A stretch of 64,000 bases of DNA, taken from the NCBI RefSeq assembly GCF_046128005.1, contig NW_027466835.1, forward strand, positions 4,750,430-4,814,429, given 5' to 3'. Within the stretch, counting starts at the first letter, position 1. Every line of letters begins with the position of its first letter. Position numbers and translations under genes: made by a program. The DNA is from Genypterus blacodes. Lineage: Eukaryota. Positions 25,991 through 46,791 of this stretch are shown one piece after another. Below the pieces are notes generated by a model. That model did no database searches and was not told the origin of the DNA. It saw only the letters and a list, made by a program, of their open reading frames with translations.

Positions 25991-27156
25991 TTACCTGTAC
26001 ATCCTTGTTAGGCTCTGCGCTTTTGTTTCTTTTTCCGTTGCGGGGAAGTGATCTCTCTGGGCGGTGGCATCCTCACCAGGCGTCCTCTGTGGTTCCAGAC
26101 GGGAGAAGACTGTTCTGTCGACAGAGGCCGACATCAAGCTGGACGCTGCAGGTGTGCGAGCAGGGATCCGTCCTCTGCTGCCTAGGGCTGCGGTCACTGC
26201 CTTCCTGTAGATGACCTTTGACCCTTCCTCTGGTGTCCTTACTTTATTTTTCAAGATATAGTAAGACGGTGACAGAGGCGCCTCCTAGATCTGAACAAGA
26301 TCCTGCAGACTCATCAAGTCTCTGGGAAGACGTGTCCAAGTCTTTCGAGACGTCACTGTCCCGAGGAGGAGCAGCGACTGAAGCTCTTAACCAATTGAAC
26401 TTCACTATCTTTCTGTTGGCATCCATGGCAGAAACACTGATGTACCTGAACACAGAACGACGATGTGCTATAACTCACAAATGAACTCAAAATATGGGCT
26501 TAAAGGTTCAATTATATTTTTCCAACAATAATGTACTAAACTTTTGGCATAAAATACTTCTGTAAACTGACCAGTTATTTTCCACAGGAGTTTAACCCCG
26601 ACAGTCCAATTAGTTTTAGCGCAATGATTTCAGTTAAATTACAGCTGCAAGTGGAAGAAGCACGGCGTTTACGAACGTGTTCAGCGTGTTTAATGCTGCT
26701 TAAGCGGCTTTCTTTTGTTGTTCTAAGTTTATTAAAAATATTCATCTAGACAAGTTATTCAGGTTTTATTTTACGCCTTTAAACACATTTCAACGGCAAA
26801 CGGTGAGCCAACGTCGAGCTTCAAGGAAAGATTTGGATGTTTCGGAAGTCTTAGGGACCAATCGCTATTTCGTCGCTTTGTCTCAGGAGTTTGCGTGACA
26901 TTTGTTCATAATTGCTTTGGGCAACATGTCGCATTCTCTGCGTTGCTGCTGGGAAACCACGTGATTCGCTGAACTCTTTTCCGGGATGAGAGACAGTGGA
27001 CACGCCCACTCCCTTGTTTTTCCTTTCCTCGATTAAAATCCTGCAGCCCACATCTGCCAACAAGTCAGCACAGTTCTGCCAGGAGGACGCTGAGCTGTTT
27101 GGACTTTGTTTGCTGCCTGCTGAGTCCCCGAGGGTCGAGGTAACGACAATCTCCAC
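25991..27156 (-). CDS. Candidate upstream coding exons of the tatdn2-like gene (low-complexity N-terminal extension). Exon boundaries are unresolved.
   Basis: Minus-strand ORFs 25991-26254 and 26851-27156 are S/T/R/K-rich. They lie directly 5' of the TatD-motif exon and are co-oriented with it. The 26851-27156 ORF starts with an ATG (MEIVVTSTLGDSAGSKQSP...) next to an A/T-rich putative promoter region around 27400. Confidence 0.3.
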
Positions 27157-29869
27157 CGCTACTCTTTAAGTACGACTCCGTTTACAAATCTGAGAAGTTA
27201 ACGCTGCCTTGCTCATTGGCAAAGGCCGGTGCCTGTTGGGATCAGTTTTAACAGTTCTGCTGAACGAATAAGGATCTAACTTCTGATCGGCGTGCATCAA
27301 ATCGAACAAACAGCCGGGAGTGTAACAATAATACACATTTAGTAACCGATTGTCTTATAATGGCTGCGGCTAAGGACTCGCCCTGCGTCGCTGAAAGAAG
27401 AGCAGGATCGCACCAGCTAAACATTCAAATGTACTGTAAAAAAAAATGTTTTTTTTCAATTCGCTTTAATTGCCGCTAAACTCAGTTTACGGCAGCCTAG
27501 TGTAAGGGGTTAACATGTACTGTTCATTCTGTAATCGGAGTTGAGGGCTATGCCGGATGTCCTCACAGGAGGCCTGGAAGAAGGGAGAGCTGGTGTACTT
27601 TGCCCCAACAATGTGATTTATAACACTTAATCAAAAGAGGAACCTCCCTGTCTGTGCAGCATAATGTTATATCTATCTACTGTACTGATCACATTATGTT
27701 CCTGTAGACACATTTACGTACAGATACACGCTTTGTGCTAAATTGCGGGGGTGGTACTTGTACTTACTTTTTAGTTTATCAAAGCCTAACCATAATAGAG
27801 CACAAGTCTCACCTGAGACTATATTCTTTACTGTTCTTGTATTGAAACATTCAAACTGGACTCAACACACTCATGCCATTTTTGGCATTTGCCTGATTTT
27901 GTTGTTGCCGTTTTCACGTGACTCTTCATACGATCCCTTAGAAAATGACACACTAATAACGTCATTGTGGAGTGTATATCAATGTGCATTTCTCCTGGAG
28001 CTATGGGAGTGGATGCTGTTGTTACCCTTTACCACCTGTAGATGTCAGTCTTGAGACAAAAAAAGCAAAATGAAGGATTTATTTTTTCTTGATCCCTCAA
28101 CTAACGCTGATAAAATGGATTGCTGTGTCTCTGCTCTTAAACAAGCCAAACTCATGAAGCATAGAGCATAGAAAAGATATATAAACTGCACCTCATCAGT
28201 TTAACCAAAGATGAACTATCTTAAGTCACCAATCACCCAGTTCATCTCTGGCTCTTACTTATCCATATATATGTTGTTTTTGTTATATTTTTCATCCAAC
28301 TCTGTAAAGCAAGAACTAAAGGCCCAAAATACCCGAGTGATCAATAAAGAATAGAGGAGTAATCAAAGTCGGGGTTATAAAATATGCACAGGATTTTGAT
28401 CAATAATCCCACAACATAATTCTTAATGTGGTTTCAAGAAATCCAGCCAGCAGCATTAGACAGTACAGTAATCAAGGAGAAAGCATGACCAATAGGAAAA
28501 ATTATCTGAGAAATAGTCTAATCTTTACAAACCAGCAATCAGTGCTGTAAAATATGTGAACCTTTGTTTCCACCACATGTGACCAAACAGGTCGACTCCC
28601 ATTAGATTACAGAGCTGACAGCAGAGAGAGAATAGAGGACTACAAACTCTTTTCCCCCCTTGATTATAGCTGCAGGGGATTGAAGCTGGGACTCATTTAA
28701 GGAATCCATCGTTAAGTCAATGTTGTATGAATGTCTGCTGATGTTTCTCTGTGCATATAGATCTTTACTCTTTGCACAGTGTGTTCCCTTAACAGAGGCA
28801 AATGTCAGACACGCCCTTCAGGTATTCACATACAGGCACACCTACTGCACAAACAAATCACATACAGCGCACACACACACACACACACACACACATGGCA
28901 AAGTCTGTTAATCATGAGTTATTGGCCTCACAAGACACAGACTGATTGTCTTGACAGAAGCTAGTGGGTGGGAGAAAAGAGCCTTTATGTCAACCGTGAG
29001 ACAAAAGAAATAAAAACCAGAACATCAAGTCAGAAGTTTCTCTGTCTGTGATGTCTCTCTCTTTTTTTTTGCTTAAGATCTGAGAACAAAATGTCCACAA
29101 GATTTGCTTAGAGTGAACTCCTTCATTCATTCAGTAGGAATAATAAAAACCAAAGACAAAACTTTTATCTGACTTGGACTCAGACATTGCATAGGTTTCT
29201 GACAAATGAGCTCAAATGTAGGTGGATGTGTGTGTGTGTGTGTGTGTGTTGCCTACAAGGAGAGTCAACCCAACATGCATGTAAATGTACTTAATGATTT
29301 CCCTTAAGCAAAACTCTGCTGAGCTTCATCCGGTCACTGAAGCTTCACTCATCATCTCCAACGGTCGCTTGAATTTAACAATGACTGATGGCTTCATCTG
29401 CTTTTGTTGCTAGTGATAATCCCCTTTGGGACACCTTGGTAGTGTGGTTCATGTTCCGTGTAAACAGACGGTGAGGGCTGTATTTCAGGCTCTGAACTGG
29501 CACCAAGAAGGCCAGCACCACAGTTAGCTCAGCACATAAGCATTCATTTATAATAAAAAGAAAAACAAAGCAAAGATTGTTATTGTTGTCTTACATTTTA
29601 GGAGAACTGACACCCTGAGACAAAATAGGAAATGTAATGTTCAAGTCAATTGAAAACAATAGGGTGATCTCATAGGTACAGTATTTACAGGATGATGTCA
29701 GACAGCAGGGTAGGAAGCTACAGATCACATTGTAGGCTGTGGTGGAGAAAAGAAAATGGACAAAAGACGGGAGATGTGGAGACGCGAGGAGGTAGAGAGA
29801 AGGTGCAAAAGAGACGATGTGAAAGAATCGTCTCGTCTCTGTTCAGTAGATTTTGAAACCATGTTGAAG

Positions 29870-36471
<6,602 letters not shown>

Positions 36472-38344
36472 GTAAGAGGAGAAAGACAGGGACAGGGGGA
36501 GACACAGAAGACACAATCAAAAAGAAAATGAATAAATAAAAACTGACCAACTCACTTAAAATATAACCAAAACCTGCCCTAATACCTCCTGTTTTCTGTT
36601 GAGGGAGTTTAAACTTGGCCTTACCCTGTTGCTTTATTGCTATATATATATATACAAAGTGGAAATGGTGTTTAGCCATTTACTATGGAAAGATAAACAT
36701 GAAGGAGGAAGTTGCACGTGACAGATAATTGTGAAGAATGAAGGGAGCTTTGCTACGAATGTGCCTATAAACTTTTCTGTCCAGCCAACCAAAGTTTCCT
36801 GTAGCTGCTTCTGCGTCTATTAGCAATAGAAATAAACAGTTATACTGATGTTTACATTAAATGTACAAAGCATCTATTTTTCCCTGTGCAATAATACGAT
36901 AAAATGGGAGATTTGGAATCCCTGCCTTTGATGTGCCTAAGTGCTGTTCAACAAATATTGGATTATTAAACTGTTCTGTTGCCGTCCCACATCTTTGGTC
37001 TCCTTGCATCTGTTAAGTAAGTTTCTACCAGATATCAGATATTTAGATCACAGATAAGATTTGTTTTAACAACCACCAACACATTTAAAGCTCTGCTGAC
37101 TGACCGTTTTGACGCCGATGTGAAAGAGTCGGCCAAGTTAATATAGGAAGGATTATCTAACAAGTTTTATCAAGCGTGTTACATAAATTACATAAGCGCC
37201 GAAAACACAAACGCTCAAACTTAAACCTACAATATGTGGTACTCCATACTTGTAATTCTGCCGGAGTCCGCTAGATGGAGGTGTGGAGCTCATTTGATTA
37301 CAATGGCGGTGAAGCTTTAGTGACTAGGGATTAATTACAATTCCTACGGAGGCCGAGAAAGGACATCAGATAGAATTTCTATTATCTCACGACAAGATAA
37401 TTCACTTGATATATCTGAATGTGTTTGTTTTATCAAAATATTGGGGAATAATTAGTTGATAACTGAACTTTGCCCTCAGGAACTCGAGATAACTTCTTGT
37501 TTGATGTATATTAATGTATATATTTTCTGTGTCGAGTCATGAACCCTGATTGAACACAAATGTGACGCATTAATCGATACATTCCTGCTCCTCTGCCTTA
37601 GTTAAACGTTAATAACTCAAGCAATGTTACAACGTTTTATTTAATGTAGACCTAGACACGATTCAGTCAGTTATCTTGAGAGATATTGGCAAACGTAAAT
37701 CGTTATCCCAGGAAAACAACACTTCCCCTTCTCGGCTTCTGTACATTACTGTGTTGCAGCGCCACAAATGTATTGGAAAATGTGACGTTATTTAAAGGTT
37801 TACCGTATTTTATTGTTGCAGCAGTTATTCATCGCCACACCAATCAATGACAAGCAGAGAAAGCAGTGTGTTTATTGATATTTTAAAAGTGATTTATTGC
37901 ATACAATAACATTTATCACTTAATCTGCTTCTACAGGCGTGTGACTTCTGCCGCTTTGATCAAATGTGAAATAAAAATGGCCACAACTGACAATTTTGAC
38001 TTTTTCCTGTAGTTGATTCATAGCAGAGGCGCGCTGGTGTATTTAAATACACTGACTGACTCTTTAACGATCACGCCTGAGCGCTGACAGGTGGAGATGT
38101 GAGCAGGATGTATTGACGCGTTTTAGCCCATTTGCAACAGGTCAGTATCTTTATATACATATTTAGTTTACCTGAAAGCTTTGAAAACAGTGATTCAATC
38201 ATCTTTTTTCCTATTTAGTCATATAACTATTCCTGAAAACAACATTATTATCAATTCGATGTTTTGTTTTCCCGGTTACATCCGGTCATGGGGGCCGGGC
38301 CGGGTTTCTCTTCTTCTGCTCTCACTTTTTTAGCTCAATCATTC

Positions 38345-38562
38345 CCAATGTGATTTTGGAGTGTATTACATTACATTACGATCATTTGGCAGACGCTTTT
38401 TATCCATGGGACTTACATTACATTACCACCCTTCGCAGAGGGAGGAGCAATTGAGGGTTCGGTGCCTTGCTCAGGGGCACCTCGGCAGGGAACCGGCGAC
38501 CCTCCGGTTCCCAAGCGGAAGCACTACCCACTGAGCCACTGCCACTGTATAGCGCCATCATC
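38345..38562 (-). mobile_element. tRNA-derived SINE (teleost AFC-like family), with a (TGTAA)n tail
   Basis: The minus strand reads GTGGCAGTGGCTCAGTGGGTAGTGC...GGTTCCC (a tRNA-like head with A/B-box-like sequence), then ...CCCTGAGCAAGGCACCGAACCC..CAATTGCTCC...TGTAAGTCCCATGGATAAAAAGCGTCTGCCAAATGATCGTAATGTAATGTAAT. This is the conserved TGTAAGTCGC..GGATAA.AGCGTCTGC.AAATG 3' domain and TGTAA tail of this widespread fish SINE family. It is flanked at 38590-38618 by about 29 nt of poly-C and A-rich simple repeats. Confidence 0.7.
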
Positions 38563-40679
38563 TGGCAAATGACGTTACTGCAAATGACACCCCCCCCCCC
38601 CCCCCCCCCCCCCCCCCCACACACACACACAACAAAAACAACCAAAAAAACTAAAACTAAAACTAAAACAAAAACAGAAACAAACTGCACTCTGCACTAT
38701 AGAGAACAAATTTCACAGAGAATCAGAATGTAATAAGGAAACATGTTAAACTACTACTACTTTTAGTAGTAAAACAATAGTGGAATCCATCAGATTTTCA
38801 CTATCATAGTAACCCGAATAATACTCAATTCTCATATAATATAACATATTTATATAACATATAACATAATACTTATATTCAACTGTAGTCAAATGAATGG
38901 AGAACTGCCAGGAACATTGGAAAAACAAAAACTAAAGTCTAAATCACATGGAATCTTTTAAAAACAGTATTATGACGTTTGTATGATTTCCAGAGAATGG
39001 ACTGAAACCTCCGGGACCTTTGCTTATAGAATATCCATCAAACCAGACGTCTATGGAATGCAAACAATCCACCTTAACCTACTGCTGTGTCTTGGCGTCC
39101 GGCCGGTTTTGTTATCACCAAGCGACTGCGGCCAGCAGATGCAGATCAGGCCGGAGCGGTGGCTCCTCTTTAATTCAATTCATTGATTGGATAATTCAGT
39201 CAAGAGAGGCTAATGAAATCCTTCAAGGTTGACTGTAATTCTCTCCAACCGTCTCCTCTCATATGTTCTCCCCTCAATCTTCAATAATCTCTCCCGTCTG
39301 TCTCCTCTGGATCTGCGATATGCCTGTTGAGGTTTTGCGGGGTTTTGACCTCAATCTTCGTGCAGGATGAAGATGAATTAATGCTCCTTGAATGTCACAG
39401 CAAGCTACAGCAATTACACTGGAACAATATGGCATGAAACGCTGCCCTTACCTTCTCATATTAAGTTTGTATTTCATCCTCAAGTCAGAAATGAATTAGG
39501 AAAAACAGAAAGTAGCTACACCTAATGAGCCGAAACTGTCTGAATGAATCATAAATCGATTTTTTGTTTCCTCAAAGTGTTTTCTCATGACCTTTGACCT
39601 TGAAATCTCTATTTGTTGTTTGTGAAGCTTAACATGTAGGACGTTATAAGACAAAATAGCTTACAAGTTTGTTTATGTTTGTATCCAGAGTCTCATTGCT
39701 TCACTAACCACCCAACGTTCATAACCATAGGTGAGGGTTGCAACAGCTGATTGATCAATGAATTGTGAGCTCCACCTTCAGGCTCAGCTGGCGTTCTTTA
39801 CGACCGATCCGATCCACTTATTGATCCCACGCTCATTACCGTGACCCTGAGATATTTGAAGCCGCTTCACTAGGTGCCGCGGCTTCATACAGTGAGAGCA
39901 GAGAGACACAGGTGATGCATAGAGGCGGATTACTGCATGTTAGATAATACTTCCTCCACAGTCACCAGGGAAACGTTGTACATCTTGTCCCCATCCCTGC
40001 TCAGCTCTCTGCTTTGTGTATACTTCAGAGATTGTTACGTACATGTATATGACATATTTTCATATTCGCAGTAAGGACAGGTGCTGAGTTTATTTTTTGT
40101 GTGTTACACTGTGGTGTTTGCGTTCGTTGGACGATGTGTTTGCGTCACACAAGTCTGTGTTAAAAACAAAAATAGTTCTGTTCCGCTTGTCTCACCCACA
40201 TTCTTCATCCTGTAGAGGAATCTGCCCTGAGACAAACAGGGGAGAAACACACAGTTGTTGCAGGGAAGCTGCGCATCATCATTTCCTCTACTCGTCTCCC
40301 TGGAGATCTTCCTCCTCCTCCTCCTCCTCCTGCTCTTTCTCCTCCTCCGTCTGCTGCAGCACAGCGTCTTATTAATGCTCTGATAATGAATTTGGTAGCT
40401 AGATTGCTTTCAAAAAACAACGTTGTTTGTCTTCCAATGAATTCATGTTGCATCAGACAGGAAGATTCTCGTCTATGTGATTCATGTTTTGTTGTTGTTG
40501 TTGTTTTGTTGTTGTGGTCATCTGTCTGTCTGTCTGTCTGTCCTCACTGGTTTTTTTTTTCATTTACAGACTGCAGCAGGATGTATTTTAGGGCCACTGA
40601 GGCAGAGCTGATCTCACTGGGGGAGCGATTCTGCCCACAGTGTTGGGTGGAATGCTGCTGGTGGTGGTAAGAAGTGGAA

Positions 40680-40786
<107 letters not shown>

Positions 40787-41237
40787 GTGCTCCACCTGTG
40801 CACAGAGGGCCAAACTGTGTGCAACATTGCTTTACTTAGATAAAAAATAACTGTAAATTAACTGTTGCTTATTTGGGATTTCTTTCAATTTTAATTTGCT
40901 GTTAGACTTTATTCCATTACTTTATGGTCACACACATTATATATATTGTAAAAAACAACACATATTTGCGGCTGCCAGTTTCTCAAATATGAAGAATAAA
41001 GCCATAACATTTAGTGTAAAAGTCAAAATGTTGCAAGAACAAAGTGGTGATGTCGTGAGAGTTGAGAGAGATCAGCTGAGCAGCACAAAGATTTAATGTC
41101 CTAAATACTTTTAATTATCTCCACTTATATGTTTCATTATTTGACAGGCGGATACTAAAGTACTAAAGTACTCACAGTGACTTTCTCTCTCCCTCTTTCA
41201 TATCTTTTCGGTCCGTGGCCCTCACACTCCGTCGTGC

Positions 41238-41239
<2 letters not shown>

Positions 41240-41296
<57 letters not shown>

Positions 41297-41821
41297 CCTT
41301 ATAAATACACATTCAGCCTTTGTATATTTAATGAGACACAGAAATGAAAGATGTCCTCTGCGTCCTCCCTGTTGTTATTTATTCATCAGCCTCACGTCTG
41401 ACAGTCTCTCTACCGTCTTAAACGCTCTCCTTCTCCTCTTTCCTCGACCGAAAACACACTTTGCGTTCTCACACGGCATTTGCATTCTTTCCATCAGTGT
41501 GTGTGTGTGTCATTCACCCTCTCTCTCTCTTGCCCTCTCCCTCTCTCTCTCCCCCTCTCTCATTCATTGTCTTCTCATAAAGTCCCCCCCCCCACACTGC
41601 TCCATCTCACCACACTGCATTATGACACACTGAGCCCCCAACCTCCAACCTCCATCCACATCTTTGTTCTTTTTCTGTCTTTTCTGTCTTTTCCTTCTCT
41701 TTCTTCTTCTTCTCCTTCTTCTTCATCTACACCCACAAGCAGCTACATTTATCTTATTTTAAGTTTTGATGTTTACAGTAATACCCACACACAGACACAC
41801 AGACACAGACACACACACACA

Positions 41822-41882
<61 letters not shown>

Positions 41883-42101
41883 GCCTTAATTGTTTCACCT
41901 TTTTCCAGCAGAAACCTCACTCTGCCTTTCTCCTTGACTCCATCTTCCCTCTCCCTCTCATCTCTCCATCTCTCCATCTCTTCATCTCTCCATCTCTCTA
42001 TCTCTCCATCTCTCCTCTCTTGTAGCAGCAGGAGAATCTTTCAATAATTTATTAGCCTTTAAAATTCAAATGAGAGAGGGAGGGAGATCTTTTTTTTATT
42101 A

Positions 42102-42158
<57 letters not shown>

Positions 42159-42160
42159 TT
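41240..42160. repeat. Composite simple-repeat block: (GT)n 41240-41294, a CT/C-rich pyrimidine tract 41500-41760, an interrupted (CA)n 41770-41880, and (CT)n 42105-42155
   Basis: Direct reading. The plus strand is strongly pyrimidine-rich over about 900 bp, with mirror-repeat character. Confidence 0.8.
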
Positions 42161-45100
42161 CCCCCTCTCTCTATTGCTTTCTCTCTCATATCCCAGCAGC
42201 TCTCACTCCCTTGCTGACCGTTGCCATGACAACCACATTGTCCTAGAAACACCAAAGCCCACTCCCTCTTTAGTCTCTCACTGCTTTCTCGATTTTTCTT
42301 TGCTTCGTGTCAACATACTTCAAATGAAACTGTCCTTACAAAATAAAAGCCCATGAGCCCAAGGAAGGACACAAATCATATTAGATGCTCACAGCAGTCG
42401 CATAGCCAGAGATTTAGTTTTAAATAAATAAACTAAATCTGGGGCTGTGTGACGGCAGTGACAACGATAATTAATAATAATATTTTAGTCTGTTTGTTTA
42501 TTCAATCTAAATAAAACACTACAATTGGCGATCTAGTCCGTGCTGCTGCAAAAGCGACTCCTAATGGTCGGTAGGGGAACCTGCACGGAGGAGGGACAGA
42601 AACTGGGACATTGTGTGTTTCCCTCATGGAACCAACTTTGTGGGAAAACAGATAAAAGGGCTTTGAAAAGTTGTAACAGAGTTTTAAGCCATGTGACGTT
42701 AATTCAAAATGATACATTTCCAATCAAACCTGAATTTAACAAAGTATATGGAGAAAGACCCAGTGATGTTTGGTGAATCAATGAACATGCAAACTCAGAC
42801 GTGTATTTATCTGGGATTTATTCCCTTCAAACAGCATCAAATACTCAACATCAGTAATTAGAATCAACAGTGTCATTGCTAAATGTATTGTGAACACCCA
42901 TACTTGTTCGTAATGCTTCATAAAGCAGTCGATTTAAGGCATGCACAGGCACAGAAAGAGTCAGGAGTCAGGAGATAGCAATCAATAACAAGAGGACGAC
43001 ATAATGAAGTCGGCTGACAGCTCTGTGACTTTTCATGCTTACAGCGTCCCTGCTGTTAGAAAAAGCAAGAAGGAAGCAGATTATACTGAGCGTTACAAAC
43101 ACCAGATCACCATATCAATAGAAAAGAGCTCCAGAATGAGAATAGAAATATAAAAATACAAGATCACGTAATCAAGTGTCAAAAGAGCATTTTCCAAAGG
43201 AATAGAATATAATGCATGTGGCTGATCAGAAAGAAGCTAAAGAACAATAAATGAACTGGCATCTACAGCATCAAAACAGCACGTACAGTCAATTGTTCGT
43301 ATTGGCTGAGATTAGGTATTCGGCTGAGGATTTAATAGCATGTTTGATCGTAAACAAAGCTCAAGTTGGACCTTCAAAAATAATTGGAAATGCTAATTTA
43401 CTCTTTTACGTTTCTCAGTTGAGCACTGCATTTTCGCCTGTGTGTTTGTCGCATTACAGCTCAGAAAGTACCAAAGGAAATTGCTTAAAACTACGCAGAG
43501 GCTCAAGTTAGAATCGATTCCATTTTGGGTAAAATCCAAAGCTGCAACTGGATGCTGAATCTATAGAAAACCTGCAGTGTTGGCAGGACTTTGGGCTCCA
43601 CCGCATGTGCTCACATTAACACCTATAGGTACCAAGGGCAACCATTATGTCTATATTTGCACAATGCTACCATTCCATAATTTCATAAACCTCATGCCTG
43701 TTTTTAGGGGATTTACTACAGTTAAAGGGACAGTGTGAAAGGTTTTAGAATAAATATAAAGGCAGAAAAGGGGCTCAGCATCAACTTGGTTAACAGATCT
43801 GTAGGTCCAATGGTGCTGCTTATGATTTCTATTAGTGTTGGCTTAACAGAGTTTTGAACAACATTTACTTTGAACTTTCAGTACTTTGTTATCAAATCAG
43901 TACTTTTGATATCTCAGTAAAGATAACACCAGATTTTCTAACGGGCAAATGTGACTCCATTCTGAAGAGCTTACGTGATTTTAGAAGCTTTGCCAGTTAA
44001 GATAATATATTTGATTTTAACAAACCTGCACTGTCAACTCAATACCTGATAACTGCAATAATAACAGTAGTTAACATTAAAGTAACAAATCCAATAATAC
44101 AAACCCAAGAGAGTTAACAGTCATTTGAAATCATCAAAGTGAGACCAATGTGAGGCGTATTTGATAGAACACTCATAGCTGTAGGCAACTCTGGGAGGTA
44201 GCGCAAGCACGTGTCATACAAAATTGTGTACAAGTTTACGACCATAGCAAAATCATGAGAGCTAGCATTCACAATCGACATCGAGCTGAGACGATTTTTT
44301 GCATAATGTGATTAGTAAACAGGCATGCTACATACAGGAGTGGGTGCAGTGAAGAGGTGATCGTACAAGATAGCCAAAAGTCCAGTCTGCTTTGCTAGCT
44401 AGTCTCTGTTCCACTAGCCTATATAACTTTCATCTTAATCATGATACTGTGGTTTAAATTCTAACATAATTGAGTTGCTGCAACTATACTAGAGTAATAT
44501 TCAGACTATGTCTTCTTATCCATAAATCACAGAAGTGTTTTTGTTAGCGTTTAACAACCACAGCTCCCCATCTGTATGCGCGGTGTCAAATTGGAGGTTT
44601 CTGCTGTGGATTCGGTTAATTTAAGTTGAAGTGCTGCAATTGGGAGGCCGACAAACCAGAGAGTTGGAGATACCTCAGACCAGACTTCCCAGCAAATATG
44701 CTTCTTAGCAGAGCATCTGCTGTGATGAAGGTGTCCTTAGCATGCATCCAACTGCAACGTTACAATGCAGCAACTCCGGTATCACAACGTAATCCGAATA
44801 TCTTGGTCAAAATCGGTTGTATCTTTGTTCAAATGTTGATAGAAAATCTCTGTCATTTTCAACTTTTCACACATAGCAATGGAAGAAACTGATTGTGGAC
44901 TTTGGTTCTTTGTAGGATCCTTGTCCCTTCTCCTGAGCTCGTCCTCGCCTCACCCCCGTGCCCAGAGACGGCGTGTGCTTGGTGCAGCGTCATCACTCGT
45001 CGTACCCAAAGTGAAGAGCTCTGCCCAAAGGTTCAAAGCAGCAACATCTTGCTAGACCATTGCAATCCACATGTGCATTTTGTGGCACAGACATTTCCAT

Positions 45101-45959
45101 GACGATGCGACTGGGCTAAAGGTATTACAATATTTCATACTTGTTATTTACAAAGTGCTACTCACTTAGCGCTCCTGCTAAATGAGGCTACGGTAATATG
45201 TAAAAGCATTCTGTAATAAATACTGTAAACATGCACAGGTTACGATCATAAGAAATGAAGCGCTGATTCAGTTTGAGAACACCAGCTTAGATCATCAGAG
45301 TTCCGCCAAATCAGTGTCGTTCCATAAAGTGTCTTTTGTTAGCTCTCACACACACACACAAACGCACACACACAGACATTTTATGGAGACAGGTTTGAAG
45401 AGCATCCCTGTGCAGATTGGCACAGATTCCAGTCTTTGGCACAGCATGATACCGACTCCTGTACAGTGACACATCAAACGCTGAGATAAAGCTGAGAGGA
45501 CGCGAGCATGATGAAAGTGAGAGCTCAGCAGGGAGCCACACTTTAGATGGTTACAACTCTGCACTCGCACCACTTGGTAAAGGTGGCCTTCACATGACTT
45601 GCTGACATGGAAACTGTGAAAAGGCTCAAGAAATGGAATATATTTAGTTCTGTTTTGCTTCACGTTCACTTGTGGAAACCGAATAGACATTACACACCTG
45701 CATGTGTGACTTTGATCATGATTCGTTCTTTCCATTTTCCCGCTAACAGAAAGGAGAAAAGGTGCTGCCAGCACCTCCCTTTCCCTGTCTTTTTGTAGCC
45801 ATTACATTTTGGTTTTAATATGGTGAGGTCAAGCGGAAATAATTAGTTCCAGCCCATTGAGGACATTTTAAAAATGTCACCAATGCCCCAAGAGGAAATG
45901 TTAGGATTTAGGGACACTGCGGTGTGCTCTTATAGGGAGTCTGTTTAAACTTACTACCA

Positions 45960-46400
45960 GGAACTGTTGCGGTGAAGAGAGAGCTAAGCCTGGAAGCAAA
46001 GCTCCCTATATATCAACTAGTGAGTCCATGGTCCAACTCTTACCGACTGGTCGTGAGCTCTGGGTAGAGACGGACATGAGACAGCAGATACAAGCGGCTG
46101 AAATGAGTTTCCTCAGCAGGGTGGACCCTCCTCAGGGCCAGGGTGAGCTCAGGCATTAGGGGTGAGCTGGGAGTCGACATGCTACTCCTTTACCTTCCGG
46201 GGAGGTTTTCCAGGTAGGGCCAACTCAGAGGAGCTCATAGGGCCAACCCAGAATCCGCTGGTGGGATTTAATATCCCATTTGGCCTGGGAATGTCTCTGG
46301 TTTCTCCAGGAAGAGCTGAGGGACGTGGCTCAGCAAATTGACTTCCCTGACCCATACCCAGATAAGCAGTGGAGGATGAATGGACGGCGTTGCACTGTGG
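45960..46400 (+). mobile_element. Non-LTR retrotransposon (LINE) 3'-terminal fragment
   Basis: The segment ...ccaggaagagctgagggacgtggctcagcaaattgacttccctgacccatacccagataagcagtggaggatgaatggacgg matches the highly conserved 3' end (...PEELEEVAGER..., ...DKRKKMDG-like) of an abundant teleost LINE family. It lies in an intergenic, ORF-poor region. Confidence 0.55.
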
Positions 46401-46708
46401 TGTAAATGTAACCATAATCACCTCAATTAATAGTACACATCATAGAAAATAGTATCAAGCTGCCCAATCATTCACTTAAGTGGAAAACACTGCACCTATG
46501 GCCTGTCAGTGTAATTAAATCTGTTTGAGTCACAGGGACTTAGTCGGCATTGGTTACAAGCAAAGTGCTGCACTTAGCAGACATTCTGGCGGCCACTGCT
46601 CCATCTGTATGAAGAGAAGCACTTCACATTCTCACAAACACGCACGCGCTCTCTCTCTCGTTCACACACACACAAGCTCAGGCCTTCAATATCCTGCTCT
46701 CCCCTCTG

Positions 46709-46715
<7 letters not shown>

Positions 46716-46786
<71 letters not shown>
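46716..46786. repeat. (TC)n microsatellite
   Basis: Direct reading of tctctctc... Confidence 0.9.
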
Positions 46787-46791
<5 letters not shown>

